A stretch of DNA of 64,000 nt from Escherichia coli (GCF_044324785.1 NZ_CP172127.1); one strand, 5' to 3'. Positions 33,243 through 43,560 are shown, numbered from the stretch's first letter. Numbers and translations: made by a program. The notes: a model not told the origin generated them from the sequence alone.

Positions 33243-34142
33243 CTAAACAGCACCTTTATACTTCAGCCTATCTATAAATAATGAGAATGCCGAGCCAGCA
33301 TGTCGACGGTGTGGATAGTACAGGTGATAACCGGGTAAATCTGGTGTGAATTTATCCAAAACACGTATCAGTTTTTTTTCTTTAATAGCCCGCTCAACCT
33401 GATCATAAGGTAGATACGCCAACCCATGCCCATCAATTGCAGCATCAATGATCAGGTCTATCGTATTCAGTAAAAGCTGACCTTCCATGCGAACACGAAC
33501 TTCACGTCCACCGCGTATTAATCTCCAGCGATTTGCTGTACCCGATGTGGGAAGATACAAATTAATTGCCTGATGATCTATTAATTGTGACACTGACGTT
33601 GGAGCACTTCGACGAGAAAAATAATCCGGTGAGCCAACAATAGCCATTGGTATATCTGGCCCGATTCGAATGGCGATCATATCTTTATCCATCTCCCCAC
33701 CCAGACGGACGCCTGCATCAAAACGTTCAGAAACGACATCGGTCAAACCATAATCAATGGTAAGCTGGATATCAATTTCAGGATGCGATTTCAGGAATGT
33801 GCGCATAGCTGGTAACAATATCGTTTTTGCTGCATGTTCTACAGTAGTAATACGTATTGTCCCGGATGGGCGGTTCTGCAGATCGCTCAGGGATGTCAGG
33901 GCAGAATCTATGTCATGCAACATAGGGCCAAGAACAGACAAAAGATGCTCGCCCGCTTCAGTGGGTACAACGCTGCGCGTGGTTCGCGTCAGAAGCCGCA
34001 ATCCTAATCGTTCTTCTATACGGCGCACTATCTGGCTTAAAGCTGACTGCGCCATGCTCAGGCGGGCTGCTGCGCGAGTGAAGCTACGCTCCTCTGCAAC
34101 GACGACAAACGCCATCAGATCAGCGATTTCTTCACGCTTCAT
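33243..34142 (-). CDS. ycjZ: LysR-family regulator YcjZ (I believe renamed PgrR, peptidoglycan-recycling regulator) (299 aa)
   Basis: 299 aa; N-terminal LysR HTH (AARLSMAQSALSQIVRRIEERLG); divergent from ycjY. Confidence 0.85.
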   Translation of the reverse strand: MKREEIADLMAFVVVAEERSFTRAAARLSMAQSALSQIVRRIEERLGLRLLTRTTRSVVPTEAGEHLLSVLGPMLHDIDSALTSLSDLQNRPSGTIRITTVEHAAKTILLPAMRTFLKSHPEIDIQLTIDYGLTDVVSERFDAGVRLGGEMDKDMIAIRIGPDIPMAIVGSPDYFSRRSAPTSVSQLIDHQAINLYLPTSGTANRWRLIRGGREVRVRMEGQLLLNTIDLIIDAAIDGHGLAYLPYDQVERAIKEKKLIRVLDKFTPDLPGYHLYYPHRRHAGSAFSLFIDRLKYKGAV

Positions 34143-34166
34143 TCAGTATCTCCATACAATCTATTA

Positions 34167-34180
34167 ATCATTTAAATGAT
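34167..34180. promoter_or_regulatory. perfect 14-bp palindrome in the ycjZ/ycjY divergent region (candidate LysR-type operator)
   Basis: ATCATTTAAATGAT, followed by direct repeat GGTCTAATCA at 34182-34191 and 34200-34209. Confidence 0.4.
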
Positions 34181-34267
34181 AGGTCTAATCATGATTTTGG
34201 GTCTAATCAACTTAATGATCAATATCTATAGTGATATCACCAACCGTCAAAACGAACCGACAACTCC

Positions 34268-35200
34268 ATGAGGAACGGAATGATGAATAATAAAGTCAGC
34301 TTCACTAACAGCAATAATCCAACCATCTCTTTGTCTGCAGTGATCTATTTCCCTCCAAAATTTGATGAAACCCGTCAGTATCCGGCAATTGTGGTATCTC
34401 ACCCAGGTGGGGGCGTTAAAGAGCAAACGGCCGGAACCTATGCCGAAAAACTGGCGGAAAAGGGATTTGTCACTATTGCTTATGACGCATCTTATCAAGG
34501 TGAAAGCGGCGGCGAGCCGCGTCAGTTAGAAAACCCATACATTCGTACTGAAGACGTCAGTGCCGTGATTGATTACCTGACAACGCTTTCTTATGTCGAC
34601 AATACCCGAATTGGTGCGATGGGAATTTGTGCCGGTGCAGGATATACAGCCAATGCTGCAATTCAGGATCGCCGCATCAAGGCCATCGGTACTGTTAGTG
34701 CGGTCAATATTGGTTCGATGTTCCGTAATGGTTGGGAAAACAATGTGAAATCTATTGATGCCCTACCATACGTTGACGCGGGTTCAAACGCCCGAACCAG
34801 CGATATTAGCAGCGGAGAATACGCCACTATGCCACTGGCACCAATGAAGGAGTCCGATGCGCCGAACGAAGAACTGCGTCAGGCCTGGGAGTATTACCAC
34901 ACCCCTCGCGCGCAGTATCCAACAGCACCGGGTTACGCTACTTTGCGCAGCCTTAACCAGATTATTACCTATGATGCTTACCATATGGCGGAAGTGTACC
35001 TGACTCAGCCGATACAGATTGTGGCGGGCAGCCAGGCAGGGAGCAAATGGATGAGTGACGACCTGTACGATCGAGCATCAAGCCAGGATAAACGCTATCA
35101 CATTGTTGAAGGCGCAAACCATATGGATCTTTATGACGGCAAAGCCTATGTGGCTGAAGCAATTTCAGTATTAGCTCCGTTCTTTGAGGAAACTCTGTAA
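34268..35200 (+). CDS. ycjY: alpha/beta hydrolase, dienelactone-hydrolase-like with Cys nucleophile, YcjY (310 aa)
   Basis: GxCxG nucleophile elbow (MGICAGAG) in an alpha/beta-hydrolase-like sequence; start may be a few codons downstream. Confidence 0.8.
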   Translation: MRNGMMNNKVSFTNSNNPTISLSAVIYFPPKFDETRQYPAIVVSHPGGGVKEQTAGTYAEKLAEKGFVTIAYDASYQGESGGEPRQLENPYIRTEDVSAVIDYLTTLSYVDNTRIGAMGICAGAGYTANAAIQDRRIKAIGTVSAVNIGSMFRNGWENNVKSIDALPYVDAGSNARTSDISSGEYATMPLAPMKESDAPNEELRQAWEYYHTPRAQYPTAPGYATLRSLNQIITYDAYHMAEVYLTQPIQIVAGSQAGSKWMSDDLYDRASSQDKRYHIVEGANHMDLYDGKAYVAEAISVLAPFFEETL

Positions 35201-36132
35201 TGAAACATATTCAAATCCGCAATAGTGATATGGCCTGGCATATTGCTGCCAATATTCAGTTTCCACCAAATTTTGATGAGTCAAAACAGTATCCGGCGAT
35301 TATCAGCGTCCATCCTTTTGGCAGTTGTAAGGAGCAGACGTCTGGCAATATCTATGGCAAGGCATTGGCTGAAAAAGGCTATGTCGTTCTCGCTTATGAC
35401 GCCAGTTTCCAGGGAGAATCTGGTGGGGAGCCTCGTTGGATAGAAGATCCGACACAGCGCGTTGAGGATATTAGCCGTGTTATCGATTATGCAGTAACTC
35501 TGCCATATGTTGATGCTGAACGCATTGGCGTGCTGGGTGTGTGTGGGGGGGGTGGCTATGCCATTAATGCCGCGCTGACAGAAAAACGAATTAAAGCTGT
35601 AGTGAGTATTACGGGTGTTAATATCGGGCGTCTTTTTCGAGAAGGTTTCAGCAATTACGATCCGATTGGCGCATTGAATGCAATGGCGTCGCAACGAACC
35701 AAAGAGGCTCGTGGTGGAGAATTACAGATCAACGAATTACTTCCCGCCAGCCTGGATGCAGCAAAAGCCCATGGACTGACCGAACGCGATGTTTATGAAG
35801 CAACTGACTACTATAAAACACCACGCGGGCAACAACCGGGAGGTGCGACAAAAATGTTGTTCTCACATGCACAGAAAACGCTGGCCTGGGATGCCTTCGC
35901 ATTTACTGAAGTGTTACTGACTCAGCCGGTGATGGTAGTAGTTGGTGAAAAAGTCGGTGCCTTCGGTGCTTATCGTGATGGACTGGAAGTCTATGGCCGG
36001 GCGATGGTTTCGCAGGATCGTCAGTTAGTTTCGTTACCCGATTTCTCACATTATGAACTGTATGACAAACCGGAAGCAGTTCAGGAGGCGCTGGAAAAAG
36101 TTATTCCTTTTTTCAACACCCATCTGGGATAA
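35200..36132 (+). CDS. paralogous alpha/beta hydrolase with Cys nucleophile (310 aa); corresponds in position to a region I recall as the K-12 ymjD remnant
   Basis: Clear paralog of the upstream gene (shared blocks AYDASFQGESGGEPR, LGVCGGGG); start overlaps ycjY stop. Confidence 0.75.
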   Translation: MKHIQIRNSDMAWHIAANIQFPPNFDESKQYPAIISVHPFGSCKEQTSGNIYGKALAEKGYVVLAYDASFQGESGGEPRWIEDPTQRVEDISRVIDYAVTLPYVDAERIGVLGVCGGGGYAINAALTEKRIKAVVSITGVNIGRLFREGFSNYDPIGALNAMASQRTKEARGGELQINELLPASLDAAKAHGLTERDVYEATDYYKTPRGQQPGGATKMLFSHAQKTLAWDAFAFTEVLLTQPVMVVVGEKVGAFGAYRDGLEVYGRAMVSQDRQLVSLPDFSHYELYDKPEAVQEALEKVIPFFNTHLG

Positions 36133-36137
36133 GTTTC

Positions 36138-36788
36138 ATGAGAAATATTATGAAAAAAGTACTCATTCTTGGTGCTGGCGGTCAGATAGCCCGCCATGTG
36201 ATTAATCAACTGGCAGATAAACAAACCATTAAACAAACTTTATTTGCTCGTCAGCCAGCAAAAATACACAAACCCTATCCAACTAATAGCCAGATTATTA
36301 TGGGGGATGTACTGAATCATGCAGCACTGAAGCAGGCCATGCAGGGACAGGATGTTGTGTATGCCAACCTTACGGGGGAAGATTTAGATATTCAGGCAAA
36401 TTCAGTGATCGCTGCGATGAAAGCCTGTGATGTTAAACGTCTGATCTTTGTTCTTTCCCTCGGTATTTATGATGAAGTTCCAGGAAAATTTGGCGAATGG
36501 AATAATGCAGTTATTGGTGAACCCCTAAAACCATTCCGCAGGGCTGCGGATGCAATTGAGGCTTCTGGACTGGAATATACAATTCTTCGCCCTGCCTGGC
36601 TGACTGATGAAGATATTATTGATTATGAGCTTACCTCACGCAATGAACCATTCAAAGGTACGATCGTATCACGTAAGAGTGTCGCCGCATTAATTACAGA
36701 TATCATCGATAAACCTGAGAAACACATTGGTGAGAATATAGGCATCAATCAACCCGGGACTGATGGCGATAAACCCTTCTTCATGTAA
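36138..36788 (+). CDS. NAD(P)H-binding NmrA/SDR-like protein (216 aa); corresponds in position to a region I recall as the K-12 ymjC remnant
   Basis: Rossmann motif VLILGAGGQIARH near the N-terminus; true start may be MKKVLILG at 36150. Confidence 0.7.
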   Translation: MRNIMKKVLILGAGGQIARHVINQLADKQTIKQTLFARQPAKIHKPYPTNSQIIMGDVLNHAALKQAMQGQDVVYANLTGEDLDIQANSVIAAMKACDVKRLIFVLSLGIYDEVPGKFGEWNNAVIGEPLKPFRRAADAIEASGLEYTILRPAWLTDEDIIDYELTSRNEPFKGTIVSRKSVAALITDIIDKPEKHIGENIGINQPGTDGDKPFFM

Positions 36789-36953
36789 ATCAATTATATA
36801 GCTACCATCGTACTGTACTATGTGCAGTACGATTTATTAAACTTATTAAGGTGAACTGATCAATCAGATGCGATTAACATGTGTAGAACCAGTAAGAATA
36901 AAATACGCCATGTATATAACATTACGACAATTCTAATATCTGCACATCAATGA

Positions 36954-36988
36954 AAATGCAAACAACTTCTGGCAAAAAAGTGATACAA
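36954..36988. promoter_or_regulatory. conserved motif upstream of mpaA (copy B)
   Basis: AAATGCAAACAACTTCtggCAAAAAAGTGA; matches copy A at 28 of 32 positions. Confidence 0.45.
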
Positions 36989-37078
36989 GATCGATGACAT
37001 AGCGTTGAAGAAAAGGATTTGATAATCCGCAAAATTTGCACAACACTGCCTGTAATACTTCCTGAACCAGAGACGATC

Positions 37079-37807
37079 ATGACCGTAACCCGCCCACGCG
37101 CCGAACGCGGCGCATTTCCGCCCGGAACAGAACATTACGGACGTTCATTATTGGGCGCGCCGTTAATCTGGTTTCCTGCCCCTGCAGCCAGCCGCGAAAG
37201 TGGTTTGATTCTGGCTGGCACTCACGGTGATGAAAACTCTTCGGTCGTCACGCTCTCCTGTGCTCTGCGGACGTTGACACCTTCTTTGCGCCGTCATCAT
37301 GTGGTGCTGTGTGTAAATCCTGACGGCTGCCAGTTGGGGTTACGGGCCAATGCTAATGGTGTGGATTTAAACAGAAACTTTCCGGCGGCGAACTGGAAGG
37401 AAGGTGAAACCGTTTATCGCTGGAACAGCGCCGCTGAAGAACGTGATGTCGTTTTACTGACAGGTGACAAACCTGGCTCCGAACCTGAAACCCAGGCGCT
37501 GTGCCAGCTTATACACCGCATTCAACCTGCCTGGGTGGTCTCATTCCACGATCCACTGGCCTGTATTGAAGATCCCAGACACAGCGAATTAGGCGAATGG
37601 CTAGCCCAGGCGTTTGAATTGCCTCTGGTAACCAGCGTCGGTTATGAAACACCTGGCTCTTTCGGTAGTTGGTGTGCGGATCTCAACCTGCATTGCATAA
37701 CCGCAGAGTTTCCGCCCATCTCCTCCGACGAAGCCAGCGAAAAATATCTCTTTGCGATGGCAAACTTGCTGCGCTGGCATCCTAAAGATGCAATTCGCCC
37801 GTTGTGA
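37079..37807 (+). CDS. mpaA: murein peptide amidase A, gamma-D-Glu-meso-DAP zinc carboxypeptidase (242 aa)
   Basis: ORF track 37019..37807 trimmed to MTVTRPRAERG; zinc-binding HGDEN motif. Confidence 0.9.
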   Translation: MTVTRPRAERGAFPPGTEHYGRSLLGAPLIWFPAPAASRESGLILAGTHGDENSSVVTLSCALRTLTPSLRRHHVVLCVNPDGCQLGLRANANGVDLNRNFPAANWKEGETVYRWNSAAEERDVVLLTGDKPGSEPETQALCQLIHRIQPAWVVSFHDPLACIEDPRHSELGEWLAQAFELPLVTSVGYETPGSFGSWCADLNLHCITAEFPPISSDEASEKYLFAMANLLRWHPKDAIRPL

Positions 37808-38747
37808 ACTGAAGCGCCGGTTCCACATCTACCGCCAGCCAGGTCGGTCCGTCAAGATCGGCGAAACTGACCTGCGGCACCAGCGGTAAAGCGGCGCTAA
37901 TGGCACGAGAGGTACACAACATGCAGCCCAGCATCAGACTAAAACCTTGTGCACGTGCTTCAGTCGCCAGCGCCAGCGCTTCCGTCAGGCCACCCGTTTT
38001 ATCGAGCTTAATGTTAACCATCTCATAGCGCCCTTTCAGCGCCTTCAGATTGCTACGAGTATGACAACTTTCATCTGCACAAATCGGTAACGGATGAATA
38101 AAATTCTCCAGTGCCGCATCGTCCTGCGCAGGGAGCGGTTGTTCAAGCATCGCAACGCCTAAATCCGCCAATAGCTGGCAACGCGCCGCCAACCCTTCTG
38201 CACGCCAGGATTCATTTGCGTCAACGATCAGCGTCGCATCGGGCACAGCTGTGCGAATTGCCACCATCCGCTCACTGATAAGATGGTTATCCAGCTTCAC
38301 TTTCAGTAATTTCGCGCCTGCCTGCCAGAATGTTGATGCACTATTGGCCATCTGATCAGGCGTACCGATGACTACCGTCTGTGCAGTGGTGACTATCTCG
38401 GGAAGCGTTACGCCGATCAAATCAGCCAGCGATTGCTGCTGTTTTCGCGCCGCCAGATCCCACAATGCACAATCCAGCGCATTACGTGCTGCGCCGGCAG
38501 GGAGAATTTTTTGCAACTCCTCCCGTGTCAGCCCTTTCTCTAATTGCGGCACGACGCTCATAATTTGCGCCATTACCGAGGCATCACTTTCTCCATAGCG
38601 CGGATAGGGCGTGCATTCACCGGTGCCTTTAATACCCTCTTCTTCCAGTTCAACCACCACCACGCGCGCTTCACTGCGACTTCCCCGAGCAATCACAAAC
38701 GGGGTATGTAAGGGCCAGGCTTCCTCAAATACCTTAACGGTTCTCAT
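37782..38747 (-). CDS. ycjG: L-Ala-D/L-Glu epimerase, enolase superfamily (321 aa)
   Basis: ORF track 37782..38789 trimmed to MRTVKVFEE; enolase-superfamily fold; 3' end overlaps mpaA by 26 bp (convergent). Confidence 0.9.
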   Translation of the reverse strand: MRTVKVFEEAWPLHTPFVIARGSRSEARVVVVELEEEGIKGTGECTPYPRYGESDASVMAQIMSVVPQLEKGLTREELQKILPAGAARNALDCALWDLAARKQQQSLADLIGVTLPEIVTTAQTVVIGTPDQMANSASTFWQAGAKLLKVKLDNHLISERMVAIRTAVPDATLIVDANESWRAEGLAARCQLLADLGVAMLEQPLPAQDDAALENFIHPLPICADESCHTRSNLKALKGRYEMVNIKLDKTGGLTEALALATEARAQGFSLMLGCMLCTSRAISAALPLVPQVSFADLDGPTWLAVDVEPALQFTTGELHL

Positions 38748-38865
38748 CTTTACTCCTTGTTGTCGCAGTGGTCTGCGGATTAAGCGCAAATAGCGTTTGC
38801 TGTGTTATTGACAGTTAGCATAAACTAGGTGTGACGTTAACTATATGTAAACAGGAAAGATAATC

Positions 38866-39372
38866 ATGTCACAAACCGTTCATTTCCAGGGCAACCCGGT
38901 TACAGTCGCCAATTCCATCCCGCAGGCGGGTAGCAAAGCGCAGACTTTTACTCTCGTGGCAAAAGATCTGTCTGACGTCACCCTCGGTCAGTTTGCGGGT
39001 AAACGCAAAGTGCTGAACATTTTCCCGAGTATTGATACCGGTGTTTGCGCCGCATCAGTACGTAAGTTTAACCAACTGGCAACAGAGATCGACAACACCG
39101 TTGTGCTGTGTATCTCTGCCGATCTGCCGTTCGCCCAGTCTCGTTTCTGCGGCGCAGAAGGTCTGAACAACGTTATCACCCTCTCCACTTTCCGTAACGC
39201 TGAGTTCCTGCAAGCTTACGGTGTGGCAATTGCTGATGGCCCACTGAAAGGTCTGGCAGCGCGTGCCGTTGTGGTTATTGATGAAAATGACAATGTGATT
39301 TTCAGCCAGCTGGTGGATGAAATCACCACCGAGCCGGATTACGAAGCAGCTCTGGCTGTACTGAAAGCATAA
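38866..39372 (+). CDS. tpx: thiol peroxidase Tpx (168 aa)
   Basis: 168 aa; peroxidatic Cys in [10 protein letters not shown]. Confidence 0.95.
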   Translation: MSQTVHFQGNPVTVANSIPQAGSKAQTFTLVAKDLSDVTLGQFAGKRKVLNIFPSIDTGVCAASVRKFNQLATEIDNTVVLCISADLPFAQSRFCGAEGLNNVITLSTFRNAEFLQAYGVAIADGPLKGLAARAVVVIDENDNVIFSQLVDEITTEPDYEAALAVLKA

Positions 39373-39376
39373 GTTA

Positions 39377-39409
39377 ATATGCCTGATGGTGTTGCACCAT
39401 CAGGCATAT
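39377..39409. terminator. bidirectional terminator hairpin between convergent tpx and tyrR
   Basis: perfect 15-bp stem atatgcctgatggtg / caccatcaggcatat with 3-nt loop. Confidence 0.7.
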
Positions 39410-39415
39410 TCGCGC

Positions 39416-40957
39416 TTACTCTTCGTTCTTCTTCTGACTCAGACCGTATTCCCGCAACTTATTGGCAATCGCGGTATGCGAAACGCCCAGGCGTTTTGCC
39501 AGTTTGCGCGTGCTGGGATAATTGCGATAAAGCTGGGTTAATACCGAGCGTTCAAAACGGCTGGTGATTTCGTCCAGCGAACCTTCCATCGCATCTTCGC
39601 CCACGGCTACCGTTGCGGCGTCATAATCCGGTAACAAAATATCCTGTGGACGCAGCTCATAACCGTCCAGTTGTGTTAGTGCGCGATAAATAGCGTTCTT
39701 TAACTGCCGCACATTTCCCGGCCACGCATAACGCGTAAGTACAGTATTCAGGTCAGCGGCCAGTTTCGGACGCGGCACGCCCTGCTCGTCGGCAAAGCGG
39801 GCGACGAACAGCTCGGTTAACGGCATGATGTCCTGCGGACAGTCACGTAGCGGCGGCAGATTGAGCGTCAACACGTTCAGACGATAATAGAGATCTTCAC
39901 GGAACACGCCTTTTTGCACCAGTTCGACAAGATTCTTCTGCGTCGCGCAAATCACCCGCACATCGACATGCACCTCATGGTCTTCGCCAACCCGACGGAA
40001 AGTGCCATCATTAAGGAAACGCAGTAATTTCGCCTGCATCCGTGGTGACATCTCACCTATTTCATCCAGCAGTACCGAACCACCGTTCGCCTGCTCAAAG
40101 AACCCTTTCTTCCCTTCCGGAGCATGACCAAACAGTTCACTCTCGACCGCATCTTCCGGGATAGAAGCACAGTTCAGCGCCAGATAGGGTTTGCCCGCGC
40201 GTGGGCTTGCCTGATGACAGGCATACGCAAAGAGATCTTTTCCGGTGCCGGTATCACCCGTAATCAGCAGCGGCGCGCTTAGCATCGCCAGTTTTTGCGC
40301 CTGTTCGACAACATGCTTCATTTTCGGGCTGACAGCGACAATTTGACTAAAGGCGCTGACGTCCTGGGCGGCGACATTTTGCAACTGACGGCCCATACGA
40401 ATCGTTGATCGCAACATCACCACCGCACCGGTCAGGACGTGTTGATCATTTTCATCCTGAAGATAAACAGGCGTAATCTCCATCAGGAAATTCTGCCCAT
40501 TAATAACGACATGCTCGTTATGCGAATCTTGCGGTTCGCTTTCCAGCCAACGTAAAAAATTAAAGCCGTTAATCAATTGTGCGGCGGTATGGTTGCGCAG
40601 GCGATCCAATTTTTGCCCAAAAAGCTGACAGCTCGCCGGGTTCGCCATATCCACTTTGCTTTTCATATCGACAGAGAGCACAGGTTCAGGCAACGCCTCC
40701 AGTAACGCGCTCAACGCCAGATGCTCACGTTCGGAAGGCATCCACGGGACAGTACGGACATCGGTAACACCTGCAATACGGCGTATTTCGGCCATCAGAC
40801 TGCTGAAACTCTCAAACTCCAGTTCAGCAAAATTGAGGTAGATTCGCCCAATGGGGTCAATCTCAATACCGCGTAAATCAATGCCTCTTAGCACGAGTAG
40901 ATCGAGTAATTCGCGGGTCAGACCGAGTCGGTCTTCACAAAAGACTTCCAGACGCAT
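39416..40957 (-). CDS. tyrR: sigma-54-family regulator of aromatic amino acid genes TyrR (513 aa)
   Basis: ORF track 39416..40984 trimmed to MRLEVFCEDRLG; AAA+ Walker A GDTGTGKDLFA; C-terminal HTH. Confidence 0.95.
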   Translation of the reverse strand: MRLEVFCEDRLGLTRELLDLLVLRGIDLRGIEIDPIGRIYLNFAELEFESFSSLMAEIRRIAGVTDVRTVPWMPSEREHLALSALLEALPEPVLSVDMKSKVDMANPASCQLFGQKLDRLRNHTAAQLINGFNFLRWLESEPQDSHNEHVVINGQNFLMEITPVYLQDENDQHVLTGAVVMLRSTIRMGRQLQNVAAQDVSAFSQIVAVSPKMKHVVEQAQKLAMLSAPLLITGDTGTGKDLFAYACHQASPRAGKPYLALNCASIPEDAVESELFGHAPEGKKGFFEQANGGSVLLDEIGEMSPRMQAKLLRFLNDGTFRRVGEDHEVHVDVRVICATQKNLVELVQKGVFREDLYYRLNVLTLNLPPLRDCPQDIMPLTELFVARFADEQGVPRPKLAADLNTVLTRYAWPGNVRQLKNAIYRALTQLDGYELRPQDILLPDYDAATVAVGEDAMEGSLDEITSRFERSVLTQLYRNYPSTRKLAKRLGVSHTAIANKLREYGLSQKKNEE

Positions 40958-41027
40958 GGGAACCTTCACCTGAAAAAAGAACAATTAATATGATGATATG
41001 ACACTATTTGGATAGCAGGAAGGTTTC

Positions 41028-41045
41028 TGTCAACAATCATTGACA
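41028..41045. promoter_or_regulatory. TyrR-box-like palindrome in the tyrR upstream region
   Basis: TGTCAAcaatcaTTGACA, compare TyrR box TGTAAA-N6-TTTACA; 71 bp upstream of tyrR ATG. Confidence 0.5.
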
Positions 41046-41104
41046 CAAAGACGGAAAAACGGGCACTTCGGCGTAAAGATATCCGGTCAGCACCCGATAT
41101 TGCA

Positions 41105-42166
41105 TTATTTTTCGCTGGGCGTTTTGCCTTTTTGCAGCGTTTCTTTCACCTGACCGATAAGCTGACGACGGAAATCCCCAAGGCGAGGTTTGTCATCGTC
41201 AATCCACGGCAGAGGGCGGCAAAGCTCCATAGCTTTAATCCCCAGTCGTGCCGTCAGAAGTCCAGCACCAATCCCCTGAGCTGCCCGGGTAGACAAACGC
41301 GCAGCGAGATCTTGCGACATCCAGTCCATCCCCACTTCGCGCACCAGTTCGCTGGCCCCGGCGAAAGCGATATTCAGCAATACCAGCTTAAACAGGCGCA
41401 AACGGCTGTAATATCCCAGTTCAATGCCATACAGCGTGGCGATGCGATTGATCAAACGCAGATTGCGCCAGGCGATAAATGCCATATCCACCAGCGCCAG
41501 CGGGCTAACGGCGATCATCAACGTTGATTCCGCTGCCGAACGGCTGATTTCGCGCCGCGCCTGGGCATCTAAAACTGGCTGGACCAGATGAGCATACAGG
41601 CTGACCACTTCACGATCGTTCTGCGTTTCATGGATTGAGGCATACCAGCGTTGCAGTGCCGGATGCGACTGGTCGATGCCCGCCTGCTGCGCCAGTTTTT
41701 CGCAAAATGCGCGGCCTTTACCCGTGCCGTGACTGTGCAACAAATCGCGCGCTTCGTCGCGTTCATGGGCGCGCTGTCGCAAGCGCCATAAGCGCCGCCA
41801 CTCTGTTACCACAGAACCTACGCCAGCGCCGATAATCAATGCCCCAGCGGCACATCCACCCAGCGCTACCCAATCCTGAGTTTGCCAGGCGTTCATTGTC
41901 CACTGTACGCCCTGCCCGACAACGCTTGCGCCAAACAGAGCCAGCCCGCCCATCACCATTTTGCGCCACAGGCTGCGTTTCGGACGTAACGCTGCGTCCA
42001 TCACCGCTTCAACTTGCCCTTCTTCTTCCGGTGCTTCGTCGAGCGTGGCCGGAGCAAAATTTTGCGCCTGATTTTCGTCAAAGGTCTGCTGCGCCCTGAA
42101 TTTTGGATTCTGATCGACCTCCAGTGGACCGTCGAAATCAATACGTGGTTTTAACGGTTCGGTCAT
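41105..42166 (-). CDS. ycjF: UPF0283 inner-membrane protein YcjF (353 aa)
   Basis: 353 aa; start overlaps ycjX stop (4 nt). Confidence 0.85.
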   Translation of the reverse strand: MTEPLKPRIDFDGPLEVDQNPKFRAQQTFDENQAQNFAPATLDEAPEEEGQVEAVMDAALRPKRSLWRKMVMGGLALFGASVVGQGVQWTMNAWQTQDWVALGGCAAGALIIGAGVGSVVTEWRRLWRLRQRAHERDEARDLLHSHGTGKGRAFCEKLAQQAGIDQSHPALQRWYASIHETQNDREVVSLYAHLVQPVLDAQARREISRSAAESTLMIAVSPLALVDMAFIAWRNLRLINRIATLYGIELGYYSRLRLFKLVLLNIAFAGASELVREVGMDWMSQDLAARLSTRAAQGIGAGLLTARLGIKAMELCRPLPWIDDDKPRLGDFRRQLIGQVKETLQKGKTPSEK

Positions 42167-43560
42167 CGCAATTTATCTCCTATTAAAAATTCCAGCGCAG
42201 CATCAAGACGAATATGCGGCAGCGGTTTGTCGACATCCATCACCTGCGGACGAAACGCCTCAAACTGGAAGCCTTGCTTATCCCAGAACGCCTGACCAGG
42301 TAAACGTGCGGGAACTTCGCCAGGATAAACAGTGAGCGGTGCGCCATCGCTGAGTCGATTACCGCGCAGCGCCGGGATTTTCTCACCGTTAACATCAATA
42401 ATGCCGCTGGTGGTCGCCTGAACTGACGCCAGCCCCAGGCAGTCCATGCTGATCCCTTCGAAAGCCGCATTTTGCCAGGCATCCTGAATTAGTTGTTGCA
42501 GTAATGAAACCATATTGGCGTGCTGATCGATGGTCACATGGTCTGCTTTAGTGGCAGCAAACAATAGCTTATCGATAACCGGCGAAAACAAACGCCGGAA
42601 CAGGGTTCGCTGCCCGTAGTGGAAACTTTGCATCAGCTGCGTCAGCGCCAGACGCATATCATTAAATGCCTGTGGCCCACTGTTGAGAGGCTGCAGGCAA
42701 TCCACCAGCACAATCTGGCGGTCAAAGCGCAGAAAATGATTCTTATAGAATCCCTTCACCACTTTCTCGCAGTAATAATTAAACCGCTCGCGCAGCATTC
42801 CGGCATTGGTATGCTTATCGGCCTGCGCCAGTTTGGACTCGCCCCAGGCATCGACATCCGGCCACGGGAAGAATTGCAGCGCGGGCGCACCTGCCATATC
42901 TCCCGGCAAGACAAAGCGCCCAGGCTGAATAAAGTGCAACCCCTGCTGTTTGCAGTGGTGGAGATACTCGGTCCAGGCGGCGGCAATGTCTGCCAGCCGG
43001 TTTTCGTCGGCAGGCGCTAGCGGATCCAGCCCTTCGCACATCATTCGCCATTTCGCCGACCATTCGCCGCGCTGACCATTAAGTAAGCCCGTCATCTGGC
43101 GCGACCAGCTTAAATAGTCCTGCGCCAACATCGGCAGATCGAGCAGCCATTCGCCGGGATAATCCACAATCTCCAGATACAGCGTGGAGGTGTCCTTGAA
43201 GTGGCGTAGCAGCGAATCGTTCGATTTAAAACGTAACGCCAGGCGAATTTCACTGACGCCGCGCGTAGGCGTCGGCCAGGCGGGAGGATCGCCATATAAC
43301 TGCGCCAACCCTTCATCATAGGTGAAGCGCGGAATGCCAAAGTCACGCTGGGGAATGCGTTTTACGCCCAGCAGGCGCTCTTCACGCACCGCACTTAAAA
43401 GCGGCAAACGTGCTCCGGCATGAATATTGAGCAACTGATTAACCATCGCGGTGATAAACGCTGTTTTGCCGCTGCGGCTAAGTCCGGTTACAGCGAGGCG
43501 CAGATGTCTGTCGACACCCCGATTCACCAGCGCATTAAGTTCATTTTTAAGTCGCTTCAT
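42163..43560 (-). CDS. ycjX: P-loop NTPase YcjX (DUF463) (465 aa)
   Basis: 465 aa; Walker A GLSRSGKT. Confidence 0.85.
   Translation of the reverse strand: MKRLKNELNALVNRGVDRHLRLAVTGLSRSGKTAFITAMVNQLLNIHAGARLPLLSAVREERLLGVKRIPQRDFGIPRFTYDEGLAQLYGDPPAWPTPTRGVSEIRLALRFKSNDSLLRHFKDTSTLYLEIVDYPGEWLLDLPMLAQDYLSWSRQMTGLLNGQRGEWSAKWRMMCEGLDPLAPADENRLADIAAAWTEYLHHCKQQGLHFIQPGRFVLPGDMAGAPALQFFPWPDVDAWGESKLAQADKHTNAGMLRERFNYYCEKVVKGFYKNHFLRFDRQIVLVDCLQPLNSGPQAFNDMRLALTQLMQSFHYGQRTLFRRLFSPVIDKLLFAATKADHVTIDQHANMVSLLQQLIQDAWQNAAFEGISMDCLGLASVQATTSGIIDVNGEKIPALRGNRLSDGAPLTVYPGEVPARLPGQAFWDKQGFQFEAFRPQVMDVDKPLPHIRLDAALEFLIGDKLR

Noticed and set aside
36807-36833. Palindrome atcgtactgtactatgtgcagtacgat downstream of the NAD(P)-binding gene, initially resembling a LexA (SOS) box
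   Set aside because: Spacing is CTG-N9-CAG rather than the CTG-N10-CAG of LexA boxes; more likely an intra-operon hairpin or terminator
37782-37807. 26-bp convergent overlap of mpaA and ycjG 3' ends as a possible annotation error or frameshift
   Set aside because: Both ORFs give full-length proteins of expected size; convergent overlaps of this size occur naturally
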